64,000 nt of DNA from Planktothrix tepida (GTDB taxonomy: Bacteria; Cyanobacteriota; Cyanobacteriia; Cyanobacteriales; Microcoleaceae). Shown one piece after another: positions 1 through 10,123 of this stretch. A model generated the notes under the pieces. That model was given only the letters and a program-made list of their open reading frames with translations, did no database searches and was not told the origin of the DNA. The stretch's first letter is position 1. The number at the start of each line of letters is the position of its first letter. The stretch lies in NCBI RefSeq assembly GCF_904830955.1, contig NZ_LR882970.1; one strand, given 5' to 3'. The position numbers were made by a program, and so were the translations under genes.

Positions 1-2
1 CC

Positions 3-458
3 GGTCAAGAGTTTTTACAAAAAATCAGCCAAACCGGGTTATTATCTTTAGTAATAATCTTGACAATCTATAATATTAATCTGCCTATTCCTTATATTTA
101 TAAAACCTTCCCTAGTTTTTTCAATAATGTGCATCAAGTGGTCTATGAATATTCTAAAAAAAATCCGGGTCAAGTTTATTTTCCTTGGCATCCCTTTTCA
201 GTTCTGATGGCAGAGCATCAATTATATCATATTGATTCTGGCCCTTTTGATCGCTATTTAGCTGGAGTTCCCATTAGTAAAGAGGAGTTTATGGCTTACC
301 TCCCAGAGAATTTTACCCAAATTGCTATCCCCGCTTGGGCAGATTTAAGAGGGGAATTTGGCAAATTTTATCTTCATTATTTACCCGATTTTACTCGAAG
401 AATTGAAGTACCAGAGTTATCCGGTTTTGTGGTTTATACGACAGAACAAAATTCTTAA
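3..458 (+). CDS. Hypothetical protein, probable C-terminal fragment of a gene that starts upstream of the window. The reading frame is open back to position 3, and the track ORF starts at a TTG at 60.
   Basis: There is no stop codon in this frame from the window start. The ORF-track protein begins at a TTG codon. No recognisable motif. Confidence 0.35.
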   Translation, partial: GQEFLQKISQTGLLSLVIILTIYNINLPIPYIYKTFPSFFNNVHQVVYEYSKKNPGQVYFPWHPFSVLMAEHQLYHIDSGPFDRYLAGVPISKEEFMAYLPENFTQIAIPAWADLRGEFGKFYLHYLPDFTRRIEVPELSGFVVYTTEQNS

Positions 459-523
459 ACTATACGAGGAAAAAACGCCGATTAGTTCAATGCTCAGATT
501 AACATTAAAATTTTGGAATCCTA

Positions 524-976
524 ATGGCAAAAAAATTTTTTAAATTTATAATTGGGGGAGGTTTAACAACCTGTTTTAATATCCTCTTAATTTTTCTGCT
601 AATTGATAGGTGGGGCTGGAATACTCCTGTGCTTCATAATTTAGCCAATGTAATTTCTATTGAACTCTCGGTTTTATTTAGTTTTTTTCTGTATCGTCTT
701 TGGATATGGACAGAGGGAAACTGGGAATTCAAAGAAATTTTCTTGAAGCAACTTCCTCTGTTTCATTTAGCAGCCGGAAGTGTGGTTATTGCTCGAATTG
801 TGTTTTTATTTCCCCTCTTAGACTATGGTAGTATTGATCCTAAAATTAATACATTAGCTGGAGGTTTATTTGGTGCAGTCCTCAACTATATTATGAATGA
901 TTTTTGGGTATTTAAAGGGGACAAGAATAATCAACAAGCAGAATTATTTGATTCTGAAGAAAGGGGGATTTCCTGA
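524..976 (+). CDS. GtrA-family small polytopic membrane protein (polysaccharide synthesis or flippase-like)
   Basis: 150 aa with four hydrophobic segments. The N-terminal KFFKFIIGGGLTT...LLIF pattern is typical of the GtrA family. It sits next to a GT2 gene. Confidence 0.7.
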   Translation: MAKKFFKFIIGGGLTTCFNILLIFLLIDRWGWNTPVLHNLANVISIELSVLFSFFLYRLWIWTEGNWEFKEIFLKQLPLFHLAAGSVVIARIVFLFPLLDYGSIDPKINTLAGGLFGAVLNYIMNDFWVFKGDKNNQQAELFDSEERGIS

Positions 977-1034
977 GAACTACAAGAGACTTTTAATCTT
1001 CGATAAAACCATCCTACAGAAATGTAGCATCTGA

Positions 1035-2195
1035 TTACATCGCCTTTTTATGTTCGACATTGAGAGAGTTTAGGGTAAAACCATGAGAGTCTTGGATTAA
1101 ATACAAGGGACGTTGTTTAACTTCCTCATAAACTCTTCCCAAATATTCTCCTATTATTCCTAATCCCATTAACTGGATACCGCCTAAAAATAGAACAACC
1201 ACCATTAAGGAGATATAACCGGGTACTGTAATTCCCTGAATCATTGTCAAAACAATTAAATAGGCCGCATACAAGAACGCCACAAACGATAAAATAAACC
1301 CAATATAAGTCCAAATATTCAGGGGAATTACACTAAAAGAGGTAATACCATCTAAGGCAAAATTCCAGAGTTTCCAGTAATTCCATTTGGTTTGTCCTTG
1401 ATAACGGGGTTGTCGGTCATAGAGAACAGAACAGTGTTTGAAACCCACCCAAGCAAATAAACCTTTCATAAAGCGAGTGCGTTCAGGCATCTTTTTTAAG
1501 GCTTCTACAACTCGGCGGTCTAATAAGCGAAAATCCCCTACATTCGCCGGAATATCCACCGGGCTTAACTGAGCAATGGTATAATAAAATCCTTTGGCTG
1601 TTAAGCGTTTTAGCCAGCTATCATCAATGCGAAATTGACGCTTGGCATCAACAATATCATAGCCTTCGCGCCACTTACTCACCAGTTGTTCAATCAGTTC
1701 TGGAGGGTCTTGAAGATCAGCATCAATGGGGATAACAGCTTTTCCTTGTGCGTGTTCAAGTCCTGCGGTTAAGGCAATTTCTTTGCCAAAATTCCGCGAT
1801 AAACTCACAATTTTGATAGCTGGATTTCGGGAGCGATTATCGATTAAACATTTAAGGGTATGGTCACTACTGCCATCATCAATACAGATAATTTCGTAGG
1901 TCATGTTTAACTGATTCAAAACCGAAGAGAGCCGCTCAAATAAGTGATCAAGATTCGGTTCTTCATTGTGACAAGGAATAACAATAGACAATTCAAGATC
2001 ATCTAACTGGGATTCCATTGAAGATTGAAGCAACTCTTCAGTTTCATGGGGTGATAGGATTGTTGGCTCCGCTATTAATTTTTCATCAACAGTAAGTACC
2101 ATTTTATGATCTCCTGGAGAAATTTCAGAGGGAAGACTAAGGGTTACTTGAGATTCTGTTGTCACAGTAGCGATTACTTCAATCGTGATCATCAC
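1035..2195 (-). CDS. Family-2 glycosyltransferase, polyprenyl-phosphate sugar transferase type (GtrB/DPM1/ArnC-like)
   Basis: Carries the IVIPCHNEE...DDGSSD GT2 signature and a DxD-like IDAD motif. Two C-terminal TM helices, as in GtrB/ArnC. A ~70-aa N-terminal extension is present. Confidence 0.8.
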   Translation of the reverse strand: MMITIEVIATVTTESQVTLSLPSEISPGDHKMVLTVDEKLIAEPTILSPHETEELLQSSMESQLDDLELSIVIPCHNEEPNLDHLFERLSSVLNQLNMTYEIICIDDGSSDHTLKCLIDNRSRNPAIKIVSLSRNFGKEIALTAGLEHAQGKAVIPIDADLQDPPELIEQLVSKWREGYDIVDAKRQFRIDDSWLKRLTAKGFYYTIAQLSPVDIPANVGDFRLLDRRVVEALKKMPERTRFMKGLFAWVGFKHCSVLYDRQPRYQGQTKWNYWKLWNFALDGITSFSVIPLNIWTYIGFILSFVAFLYAAYLIVLTMIQGITVPGYISLMVVVLFLGGIQLMGLGIIGEYLGRVYEEVKQRPLYLIQDSHGFTLNSLNVEHKKAM

Positions 2196-2326
2196 ATTCG
2201 TTCAAAATTAGGTTACACTTTTTAGGTACTTTGATTTTATCAAGCATATCATAGGACTTACACATTGACAAAAAAACTCGAATCTGATAATGATTAACAA
2301 TATTAAACATAAACACTTTAAAAATA

Positions 2327-4099
2327 ATGGGTAATCTATCTAGGATTTTTAATAATCAAGGGTTAAAAACTTTTTTTATCCTAGCTATTATTACGTTTAT
2401 AGCTCACTTTTGGAACTATAAAAATCTTGGTTTATATGAAGATGATTATTTTTTGATCGCTCAACCGATGTCCATGGATATCACCGAATTTGGTGATTTC
2501 ATGAAATGGCATATCCTAAATTTTAATGTTACAGAAGGTCGTCCGCTTCTTTATTTAATCGAGTTTTCTGTTGGATTTTTGGGACAGTTAATCGGTGATT
2601 TTCAATTTCTTTATTTGATCAATTATTTAGTTATTTTAATTAATAATATTTTGTGCTATATCTTTCTAAAGTCTCTTTGGAATAAACCGATTTTTATCAT
2701 CACTGGAACTCTAGCTTTTACTTTGTTTCCAGCCGATACAAATCATGCTTATTTAACCCATATTTCTCTTTATTCATCTTTAACCTTTTTATTACTAGCT
2801 TTTATCTGCTATTTTAACAACCAAAAAATATTATCCTATCTCCTGATTTTTTCCACTCTATTCTCTTATGAAACAGTGTTTCCACTTTTTCTGACTGCGC
2901 CATTGTTTAAAAATCAGTGGAATAAAAGTTTGCTCAAGGAAATTCTGAGAAATACATTAATTTTATCTACTATGTTAGTTCTAGTGTTTGTGGCGCGCAA
3001 GCTCACGGGTGAAGCTAGAATTAATCAGCTAGATTTTTTGACCTTAATTTTGACTCCCCTGCGTCAAATGGTGATTGGGCCTTTTGTAAGTTTGAGTCTG
3101 TTGATTTATCGTCCTGCTCAAACCTTGTTCAACATCAAAGACGAATTATTGATTTTTGTACCTTTATCATTTTTGGGCTTTATTTTACTATTATCAGGTT
3201 TAAATCAGGAACCGGATCAGGATACGTCTAATGATAATTCTATTTTGGTTTCACCTGTTAAAAACTTAACAATTTTGGGATTAACGCTGTTAATGTTATC
3301 CTATCCTTTATTTTTTACTCGTGCGGCGACTGAAATTAATGGACGAGGTTCGCGAGTTCACATGACAGCATCCATCGGTATTTCTATTCTGGTGGGTTTA
3401 TTGTGTTATCTCATCCTTAATCGAGCCCAGAACCATAATTTTACCAAAACTCTAGCTAATGCAAGTTTAGCTGTATTTTTCTCTTTATTAGTCGGATTCG
3501 GTTTAACGGTACAGCAGGAAAATCGAATTAGTTGGGAATATCAACGAGCATTTTGGACAGACGTGATTCACCTTTGTCCTGATATTACCCCAGATACTAT
3601 TATTTTAGTGGATGCTCCTCTGAATACAGGCAAACATTTACACTCCTTTATTCAGTGGGGTGTTCCGATGACCTTGAGACAAATTTATCAATTTCCTAAA
3701 AGTTGGGAACGTCTGGAGGAATTGCCAAAAACTGATGATCAACCCAGATGGTACTATTGGCGAAAATATACGTTGTATCCCAAAGTATATCGGTTAAATC
3801 CTAACTGGCAAGAGCAATTAGTTCATAACGGTAAATTGGATTTTAGTCCCACTAACAAAGCCTTTGAGTATTTCCTCCAATGGGAACCCCCCCGTCTGAT
3901 TGATAGCCGTAATATTATTTTATTACAAGAACATAACCATCAATTGTTCCGTAGAAGTGAACCTTTAAGGATGGGTGATCAAGTGTTGGAATTTAAACCC
4001 GTTTCTCAACCTACCCTTCAATCCTTTGAACCCGGAGCGCTGTATTATGACTTAATTAAACCCGACAATCAGGTTTCAATCGATTATTTCCACTCTTAA
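2327..4099 (+). CDS. Large polytopic membrane protein, possibly a GtrII/ArnT-like serotype-specific glycosyltransferase
   Basis: 590 aa with at least 10 predicted TM segments in the N-terminal two thirds and a soluble C-terminal domain. Context is next to the GtrA-like and GtrB-like genes. No specific motif recognised. Confidence 0.45.
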   Translation: MGNLSRIFNNQGLKTFFILAIITFIAHFWNYKNLGLYEDDYFLIAQPMSMDITEFGDFMKWHILNFNVTEGRPLLYLIEFSVGFLGQLIGDFQFLYLINYLVILINNILCYIFLKSLWNKPIFIITGTLAFTLFPADTNHAYLTHISLYSSLTFLLLAFICYFNNQKILSYLLIFSTLFSYETVFPLFLTAPLFKNQWNKSLLKEILRNTLILSTMLVLVFVARKLTGEARINQLDFLTLILTPLRQMVIGPFVSLSLLIYRPAQTLFNIKDELLIFVPLSFLGFILLLSGLNQEPDQDTSNDNSILVSPVKNLTILGLTLLMLSYPLFFTRAATEINGRGSRVHMTASIGISILVGLLCYLILNRAQNHNFTKTLANASLAVFFSLLVGFGLTVQQENRISWEYQRAFWTDVIHLCPDITPDTIILVDAPLNTGKHLHSFIQWGVPMTLRQIYQFPKSWERLEELPKTDDQPRWYYWRKYTLYPKVYRLNPNWQEQLVHNGKLDFSPTNKAFEYFLQWEPPRLIDSRNIILLQEHNHQLFRRSEPLRMGDQVLEFKPVSQPTLQSFEPGALYYDLIKPDNQVSIDYFHS

Positions 4100-4141
4100 A
4101 CCAACCTGAGTTTGACCGAGTGCAATTACCTTGGGAATTTT

Positions 4142-5176
4142 CTAAGCCGCTGGGTTCGGATAACGCCGATGAATGGCATCAATTTCTGTCAGAATAGTTT
4201 CATCTAATTCAACGGTAACACTAGCCAAGTTCTCTTGCAATTGTTCTATTTTTGTCGCTCCAACAATTGTACTGGTCACAAACCAGCGAGACCGAACATA
4301 AGCTAATGCAAGTTGTGCGGGTGTGATTCCGTTTTGTTGGGCTAAATCAGCATAACTTTGTGCTGCTGCGGCTATATTATTCTGATCATAACGGGAATAC
4401 ATTCCTCCAAATAAGTCCAAACGTGAATCTTTAGGAATTCCTGAAAGATATTTACCCGTTAAGAAACCAAACGCTAAGGGATTATACGCTAATAATCCCA
4501 CCTGATTAAACCGACAAGCTTCCGCCAGATGAATGTGAAAAATCCGATTCATCAAGCTAAACCCGTTTTGAATCGAAACAATTTTCGGTAAATTCAATTG
4601 TCGAGCTATATGACAAAATTCACAAACCCCCCAAGGCGTTTCATTACTGACCCCTAAATAACGAATTTTACCCGCTTGAATTAAATCCGCAAATACTTCT
4701 AACTGTTCGGTGATCGGTATAGTTTCCCGTTCCCGTTTTGGATCATAATCCCCATCACCAAACAAAGGAACATAGCGATCAGGCCAATGAATTTGATATA
4801 AGTCAATATAGTCCGTTTGTAACCGTCTTAAGCTCGATTCTACGGCTTCTGTTACATTCGCAGAGTCAATCCGATTTTGACCGTTTCTAATCCAAGTTAG
4901 CGGTGTTACTCCCGCTACTTTAGTGGCAATGATTAACGAGTCACGGCGCTGATGGATTAACCATTCTCCAATATATTCCTCGGTTATTCCCAGTTTTTCG
5001 GCTTTATTGGGAAAAGGATACGTTTCGGAAGTGTCAATAAAATTAACTCCCTGAGAAACTGCATAATCTAAAAGTTTTTCAGCTTCTTCACGGGTATTTT
5101 GTTGCCCATAGGTCATCGTTCCCAGACAGATTTCAGAGACCTGTAGGTCACTATCTCCTAATTTGTTGTACTTCAT
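4142..5176 (-). CDS. NADP(H)-dependent aldo/keto reductase (Tas-like)
   Basis: The N-terminal LGTMTYG motif and the overall AKR sequence pattern with IHWPD are present. 344 aa. Confidence 0.85.
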   Translation of the reverse strand: MKYNKLGDSDLQVSEICLGTMTYGQQNTREEAEKLLDYAVSQGVNFIDTSETYPFPNKAEKLGITEEYIGEWLIHQRRDSLIIATKVAGVTPLTWIRNGQNRIDSANVTEAVESSLRRLQTDYIDLYQIHWPDRYVPLFGDGDYDPKRERETIPITEQLEVFADLIQAGKIRYLGVSNETPWGVCEFCHIARQLNLPKIVSIQNGFSLMNRIFHIHLAEACRFNQVGLLAYNPLAFGFLTGKYLSGIPKDSRLDLFGGMYSRYDQNNIAAAAQSYADLAQQNGITPAQLALAYVRSRWFVTSTIVGATKIEQLQENLASVTVELDETILTEIDAIHRRYPNPAA

Positions 5177-5208
5177 TTTCGTTGATTCGAGTTTCTTGGA
5201 TTATACTG

Positions 5209-5967
5209 TTATTTGAGAACTCGATAGGGTCGTTCGGCTGTCCAATGGCGATCAGAAGATTGATAAATTCTCATATTTTCTAAACCCGCAGACTCGCTCA
5301 AATTAATGATTTCATCTAAGGTATAAGCTGCTTGTAAGGAGTCTCGAAATAATTTTTTCTGATGATCGTTACAATCTCCAGCATATTGTTCAACTAAATT
5401 ATTGAGTTCCGTTTCACTACAGGGACGAGTTAAATCCCTCAGAAATATTCCCCCCTGGGGTTTTAATACACGCTGAAGTTCTTGAAAAAATAGCAGAGGA
5501 TCTGACAAATGGTGAACAATACTATTAGAAATAATCATATCAAATTGATCATCGGGATAGGGTAACTGTTTGGCATCCACTTGCTCTAATTTAATTTGTT
5601 CCTGTAACCCCGCTTCCTCAATATTTTGATTGCCAATAAACAGCATATTGGCTGATAAATCAATTCCGGTAATTTGCCATTGCGATGCGTTATCCACGCC
5701 GCTGCGCGATCGCTGTTTTGCAATTATAATTGGAATCCGTGCTGTCCCCGTTCCTGCATCTAAAATTAATCCGGTTTCTGGCCCTAATTCGATGGCTAAT
5801 TCGGCAAATTCTTGATTAACTTGGGTAAAATCCATGGCATCATATTCCCTGGCTTCTTCCCAAGTATCCATGACTTCTACTTCTGGGATACGTTCCATAA
5901 CGGTAATTCCGATTAAGGTTAGTTCAGAAGTATTGTAGAAGTTCCGAACGCTAGAAAAGCAATGCAC
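5209..5967 (-). CDS. Class I SAM-dependent methyltransferase
   Basis: Motif I LDAGTGTARIPIIIA and a downstream acidic motif are present. 252 aa. Confidence 0.75.
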   Translation of the reverse strand: MHCFSSVRNFYNTSELTLIGITVMERIPEVEVMDTWEEAREYDAMDFTQVNQEFAELAIELGPETGLILDAGTGTARIPIIIAKQRSRSGVDNASQWQITGIDLSANMLFIGNQNIEEAGLQEQIKLEQVDAKQLPYPDDQFDMIISNSIVHHLSDPLLFFQELQRVLKPQGGIFLRDLTRPCSETELNNLVEQYAGDCNDHQKKLFRDSLQAAYTLDEIINLSESAGLENMRIYQSSDRHWTAERPYRVLK

Positions 5968-6322
5968 ATTATTACTCTTTTGTCAATATCCCCAATTGTT
6001 CCCCCATCCGTTGTCTAAAAAACTCGTGCATCCCTACGGCTAAATTCTGTCAGGGTTTCACCACTTTTTACGAGATTATCGGGGTTTGAGTATAGGGTTT
6101 TGAGGTTAAGTTATAATTCCCCAGATTTTCATTTTTTGATTATAGCCCAAACCCCCTAATTCCGTCAACTAATTGCAACCTGTTTGCAATAACCTCTTGA
6201 CAAAAATCCGGTTTTTTTCTCCAATTCTTTTGAAATTTAAAATCAACTCTCATAACCTATAGCTTTTCCTTATTAAAACTCGTTCTTGACACCAAACCTG
6301 GAGTAATACTTTAAAAAAGCTT

Positions 6323-6604
6323 ATGATTAAAAAATGTTTGAGTAAACTATCAATGATTATGAAAGCAATTGAAACGACAGCGACTATTAATGAAAGTGGG
6401 CAACTAACACTTGATCAATCATTAGGAACCACTAAACCACAGCGTGTTCGGGTTATTGTTTTAATTCCTGAAGATGACGAAGTTGATCCCAATGAAACGC
6501 CGACTGAAATTCTGATAGAAGGGATTCGTCAAGGTTTATACGAAGCATTAACGGGACAGACTATTCCGCTCTCAGAAATGTGGGAAGGTATTGATGCTGA
6601 GTGA
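6323..6604 (+). CDS. Putative type II antitoxin (AbrB/MazE-like fold). The true start may be an internal Met.
   Basis: Small ORF whose 3' end overlaps the toxin gene start by 14 nt. KAIETTATINESGQLTL resembles a swapped-hairpin antitoxin. Confidence 0.45.
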   Translation: MIKKCLSKLSMIMKAIETTATINESGQLTLDQSLGTTKPQRVRVIVLIPEDDEVDPNETPTEILIEGIRQGLYEALTGQTIPLSEMWEGIDAE

Positions 6605-6953
6605 ACCACCACCCATCCAAATCGCGCTTACTCCCCGCTTCAAAAGGGATCTTCGAGAACTTGCTAAACGCTATCGTTCAATTCGTACCGATCTTCAACC
6701 GTTAATCGAACAACTTCAAGCAGGTGAAATTCCTGGTGATAGAATTGCAGGTATTAAATATACCGTTTTTAAAGTTCGTCTTAAAAATAGTAATATCCAA
6801 AAAGGAAAAAGTGGGGGCTATCGAGTTATTTATTATCTGAAAACAAATCAAGCCATCATTCTTGCTACAATTTATTCCAAATCTGACGACTCAGATATTA
6901 GTCATAAAATCATTGAAGAGGTGATCACTCAATATGAGAACGAAATTGGTTAA
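6591..6953 (+). CDS. Type II toxin, RelE/ParE superfamily
   Basis: 120 aa. The KSGGYRVIYY...ILATIYSKSD motif is typical of RelE/ParE-fold toxins. It overlaps the upstream small ORF, a classic TA arrangement. Confidence 0.6.
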   Translation: MMLSEPPPIQIALTPRFKRDLRELAKRYRSIRTDLQPLIEQLQAGEIPGDRIAGIKYTVFKVRLKNSNIQKGKSGGYRVIYYLKTNQAIILATIYSKSDDSDISHKIIEEVITQYENEIG

Positions 6954-7045
6954 TTCAATGGGAATCTGTGGCTCCCTCGCCATCTTAGGACAAAAACTGC
7001 TATAATTGATTTAAACGAAGTCGTTATGAGTTTGAAATAAGAAGA

Positions 7046-8413
7046 ATGACAAACCCAACCGTTGAAAATCTTGTAATTATTGGTTCTGGGCCTGCTGGTT
7101 ATACAGCAGCAATTTATGCTGGACGGGCGAACTTGAAACCCGTTGTCTTTGAAGGCTATCAACTGGGGGGAGTTCCGGGGGGTCAGTTAATGACCACCAC
7201 AGAAGTTGAGAACTTTCCCGGTTTTCCCGAAGGCATTACCGGGCCGGAACTCATGGATAGGATGAAAGCCCAAGCCCAACGGTGGGGGGCGGAACTCTTT
7301 ACCGAGGATGTGATTTCCGTTGATTTGAGTCAACGTCCCTTTACCGTTAAATCAGAGGAGAGGGAACTCAAAACCCATGCCATTGTGATTGCGACGGGGG
7401 CGACGGCGAAACGCCTACATCTTCCCCATGAAGACCAATTTTGGAATGCAGGAATTTCCGCCTGTGCGATTTGTGATGGGGCGAGTCCGATTTTCAAAGG
7501 AGTCGAATTAGCGGTTATCGGGGGAGGAGATACCGCCGCCGAGGAAGCCGTTTATTTAACCAAATACGCCACCCACGTTCATTTATTAGTCAGACGCCAT
7601 GAACTGCGGGCGAGTAAAGCCATGCAGCAACGGGTTCTGACTCATCCTAAAATTACGATACATTGGAATACCGAAGCGGTGGATGTTTATGGCAATGATA
7701 AATTAGGTGGGATTAAAATTAAGAATAACCAAACCGGAGAACAACAGGATTTACCCGTACAGGGGTTATTTTATGCCATTGGTCATACTCCCAATACCCA
7801 AATTTTCCAAGGACAATTAGACCTAGATGAAGTGGGATATATTGTCACGAAACATGGCACTCCTGAAACCAGCGTTGAAGGGGTTTATGCCGTTGGGGAT
7901 GTTCAAGATCATGAGTTTCGTCAAGCCATTACAGCCGCCGGAAGTGGGTGTATGGGAGCGATGTTAGCAGAACGGTGGTTATCCATTCATGGGTTAGCGC
8001 AGGAAGTTCAACAAACAGAAACTTCTGAACTGGAAGCGGAAACTCCAACTTCAACCCAACCTCAAATTACCACTTCTGAAAATTTCGATATCCAAAATAC
8101 CCGCCATACGGGGGGTTATGCCTTGCGGAAACTTTACCATGATAGCGATCGCTTAATTATGGTAAAATATGCCTCACCCACCTGCGGGCCATGCCATGCC
8201 CTTAAACCCATTTTAGATAAAGTGGTTGGTGAATTTGAGGGTAAAATTCACTATGTCGAAATTGACATTGAAGAAGATCCAGAAATTGCCCAAAGTGCAG
8301 GGGTGGTTGGCACTCCAACGGTGCAGATGTTCAAAAATAAAGATTTAATTCAAGATCTCAAAGGCGTGAAACCCAAGAGCTTATATCGGGAATTAATTCA
8401 GAATAATTTGTAA
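7046..8413 (+). CDS. ntrC: NADPH-dependent thioredoxin reductase fused to a C-terminal thioredoxin domain (NTRC)
   Basis: Contains the [16 protein letters not shown] motif, the redox CAIC motif and a second GGGDTA NADPH motif. The C-terminal domain carries the thioredoxin WCGPC-type motif (SPTCGPCH). Confidence 0.9.
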   Translation: MTNPTVENLVIIGSGPAGYTAAIYAGRANLKPVVFEGYQLGGVPGGQLMTTTEVENFPGFPEGITGPELMDRMKAQAQRWGAELFTEDVISVDLSQRPFTVKSEERELKTHAIVIATGATAKRLHLPHEDQFWNAGISACAICDGASPIFKGVELAVIGGGDTAAEEAVYLTKYATHVHLLVRRHELRASKAMQQRVLTHPKITIHWNTEAVDVYGNDKLGGIKIKNNQTGEQQDLPVQGLFYAIGHTPNTQIFQGQLDLDEVGYIVTKHGTPETSVEGVYAVGDVQDHEFRQAITAAGSGCMGAMLAERWLSIHGLAQEVQQTETSELEAETPTSTQPQITTSENFDIQNTRHTGGYALRKLYHDSDRLIMVKYASPTCGPCHALKPILDKVVGEFEGKIHYVEIDIEEDPEIAQSAGVVGTPTVQMFKNKDLIQDLKGVKPKSLYRELIQNNL

Positions 8414-8480
8414 GACTCAAAACCCGGTTTCTCAAGTAACATTCGTAGTAAGTCCTTTAGGACTCTTAACTCAACTGCGG

Positions 8481-8506
8481 AAAAGAAAGAAAGCCCTTCA
8501 GGGCTT
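8481..8506 (-). terminator. Putative intrinsic terminator downstream of yggT (hairpin aagccc-ttca-gggctt followed by a T-rich tract on the minus strand)
   Basis: GC-rich 6-bp stem at 8491-8506. The reverse complement is followed by TTCTTTCTTTT. Confidence 0.4.
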
Positions 8507-8525
8507 ACTACGTTTGGAGTTGGAA

Positions 8526-8816
8526 TTAAAATGCCATTTGCTGCATACTGCCTAATAAAGCAATAATAATTTGAGAGCCAAATTGGAGAGCAAAAATAGC
8601 AATAATGGCTGAAAAATCAATTCCTCCTAAAGGTGGAATAAAGGAACGGAAAAGATTGAGATAGGGGTCAGTTAACTGACTTAAAATTGAGAAGGGGGGA
8701 TCAAACCAGTTAATGGTCGGAAACCAGCTTAATAAAATCCTAATAAATAGGATTAACATATAAATGTTCAGGAACTGTGCCAGGGTGTTAGCGAGTAAGC
8801 TGAAAGGAAGTGCCAT
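8526..8816 (-). CDS. YggT/Ycf19 family membrane protein
   Basis: 96 aa. The YMLILFIRILLSWFP motif is characteristic of YggT. Confidence 0.8.
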   Translation of the reverse strand: MALPFSLLANTLAQFLNIYMLILFIRILLSWFPTINWFDPPFSILSQLTDPYLNLFRSFIPPLGGIDFSAIIAIFALQFGSQIIIALLGSMQQMAF

Positions 8817-8927
8817 AAAATTTATTTGATGTTTAACTCAATTTGACAAAATTTGAGATAAAGTTATGACCCTTAGTGTATCACATTTAAGAAAAGGGGT
8901 GAAAATCAAACGGGATAGCCCCATCGA

Positions 8928-9224
8928 TTAATCATAAGTTTCTGAGCTACTATTGCCATTGACATTGCCTAACTGTTGACGAACATCATCAATGGCTTGA
9001 TTGAGTTGAGCAATTTTATCCTCCAAACTCAAACGGGCGGTTTCGATATTTTCTCCCGCCAATTTAGCAGACTTCCCCGACTTTCCCGGTATTTCTGGCA
9101 AGGGTTCACCGCTTTCGGAATTGGTGATGCGAGAAGCGAGTACCACCCCTAATACCCCGCCCACAAACCCTCCTAGGGTTGCACCGAGGAAGAAGCCACT
9201 ACCAAAACCATCTCGATTACCCAT
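8928..9224 (-). CDS. Small hypothetical protein with a Gly-rich hydrophobic N-terminus
   Basis: 98-aa ORF with a single N-terminal hydrophobic segment. No recognisable domain. Confidence 0.4.
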   Translation of the reverse strand: MGNRDGFGSGFFLGATLGGFVGGVLGVVLASRITNSESGEPLPEIPGKSGKSAKLAGENIETARLSLEDKIAQLNQAIDDVRQQLGNVNGNSSSETYD

Positions 9225-9339
9225 AATTTAACCACTTTGTCACAATAGCTTGATTTTATAGTAGGGAACAGGCAACAGGGAACAGGCAACAGCCAGGAAA
9301 AAAGGGAGACACGCTTACTGTTGCGACAACAACCGCGAT

Positions 9340-10011
9340 CTATTCGGTGGGGAGACGGTCGAATGTGCCAAACGTTCGATCTCCTGCATCTCCCAAACCG
9401 GGTACAATAAAGCCCTGTTCATTGACTTCAGGATCAATAATAGCGGTATAGATTTGCAAACTGGGATAAGCTTGACTTAATTTTTGTAACGCTGGGGGGG
9501 CGGCGACAATGGAAATAACCCGAATCAATGCGGGTTCAAGATGACGCTGGGTGAGTTCTTCCATCACGGCCATGATTGTTCCCCCCGTTGCTAACATCGG
9601 TTCACTAATAATCACCCGCGTTTGAGGATCAAATTGGGCGGGTAATTTATTTAAATAGCAACTGGCTTCTAAGGTGTCTTCGTTGCGTACCATGCCAATA
9701 TGATAAACCGAAGATAAAGGCACAACGCTTTGAATTCCTTCCATTAACGCTAAACCAGCGCGTAAAATAGGAATCACAATCAGGGGAACTTCAGGATTAA
9801 CAAAGGTGGCACTACATTCGGTTAAGGGGGTTTGTACCGTTGTTTCCAGGGTTGGTAACCAGTCTCTGGCGGCTTCGTAGGTCAACCAACGTCCTAACTC
9901 CGTCATCGCCGTGCGAAATAAAGCCGGAGGAGTGGCCTGATCACGAGCAACTCCTAACCAATGTTTAATTAAAGGATGGGGGGGGACATAAATACGCAGT
10001 TGATTAGCCAT
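9340..10011 (-). CDS. upp: Uracil phosphoribosyltransferase
   Basis: The LRIYVPPHPLIKHWL N-terminus and the PRPP-binding region VISEPMLATGGT are present. Confidence 0.9.
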   Translation of the reverse strand: MANQLRIYVPPHPLIKHWLGVARDQATPPALFRTAMTELGRWLTYEAARDWLPTLETTVQTPLTECSATFVNPEVPLIVIPILRAGLALMEGIQSVVPLSSVYHIGMVRNEDTLEASCYLNKLPAQFDPQTRVIISEPMLATGGTIMAVMEELTQRHLEPALIRVISIVAAPPALQKLSQAYPSLQIYTAIIDPEVNEQGFIVPGLGDAGDRTFGTFDRLPTE

Positions 10012-10123
10012 AACAAAATCGTTAGAAAGTCTCCACTATCATCCCACACCATTGCCAGAGATGGGTTGACGGTTTTTAACCTTGAGCGATTAAAATATTA
10101 GTCTCTGTCTTCAGTGATCATTT

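Noticed and set aside
1126-1314. Small overlapping ORFs inside annotated genes (for example 1126..1314, 5630..5815, 10807..11004, 13518..13724, 19047..19244, 20734..20943, 42092..42274, 48469..48651, 51810..52007, 54108..54818)
   Set aside because: Each is fully embedded, in another frame or strand, within a longer ORF that has clear family motifs. No independent support.
6950-7162. 70-aa minus-strand ORF overlapping the NTRC start
   Set aside because: Cys/Ser-rich low-complexity translation on the strand opposite the well-supported NTRC N-terminus. Likely spurious.
10012-10123. Cobalamin riboswitch upstream of cobQ
   Set aside because: The leader is only ~110 nt. It lacks an obvious B12-box (rAGYCMGgAgaCCkGCc-like) and is too short for the ~200-nt aptamer.
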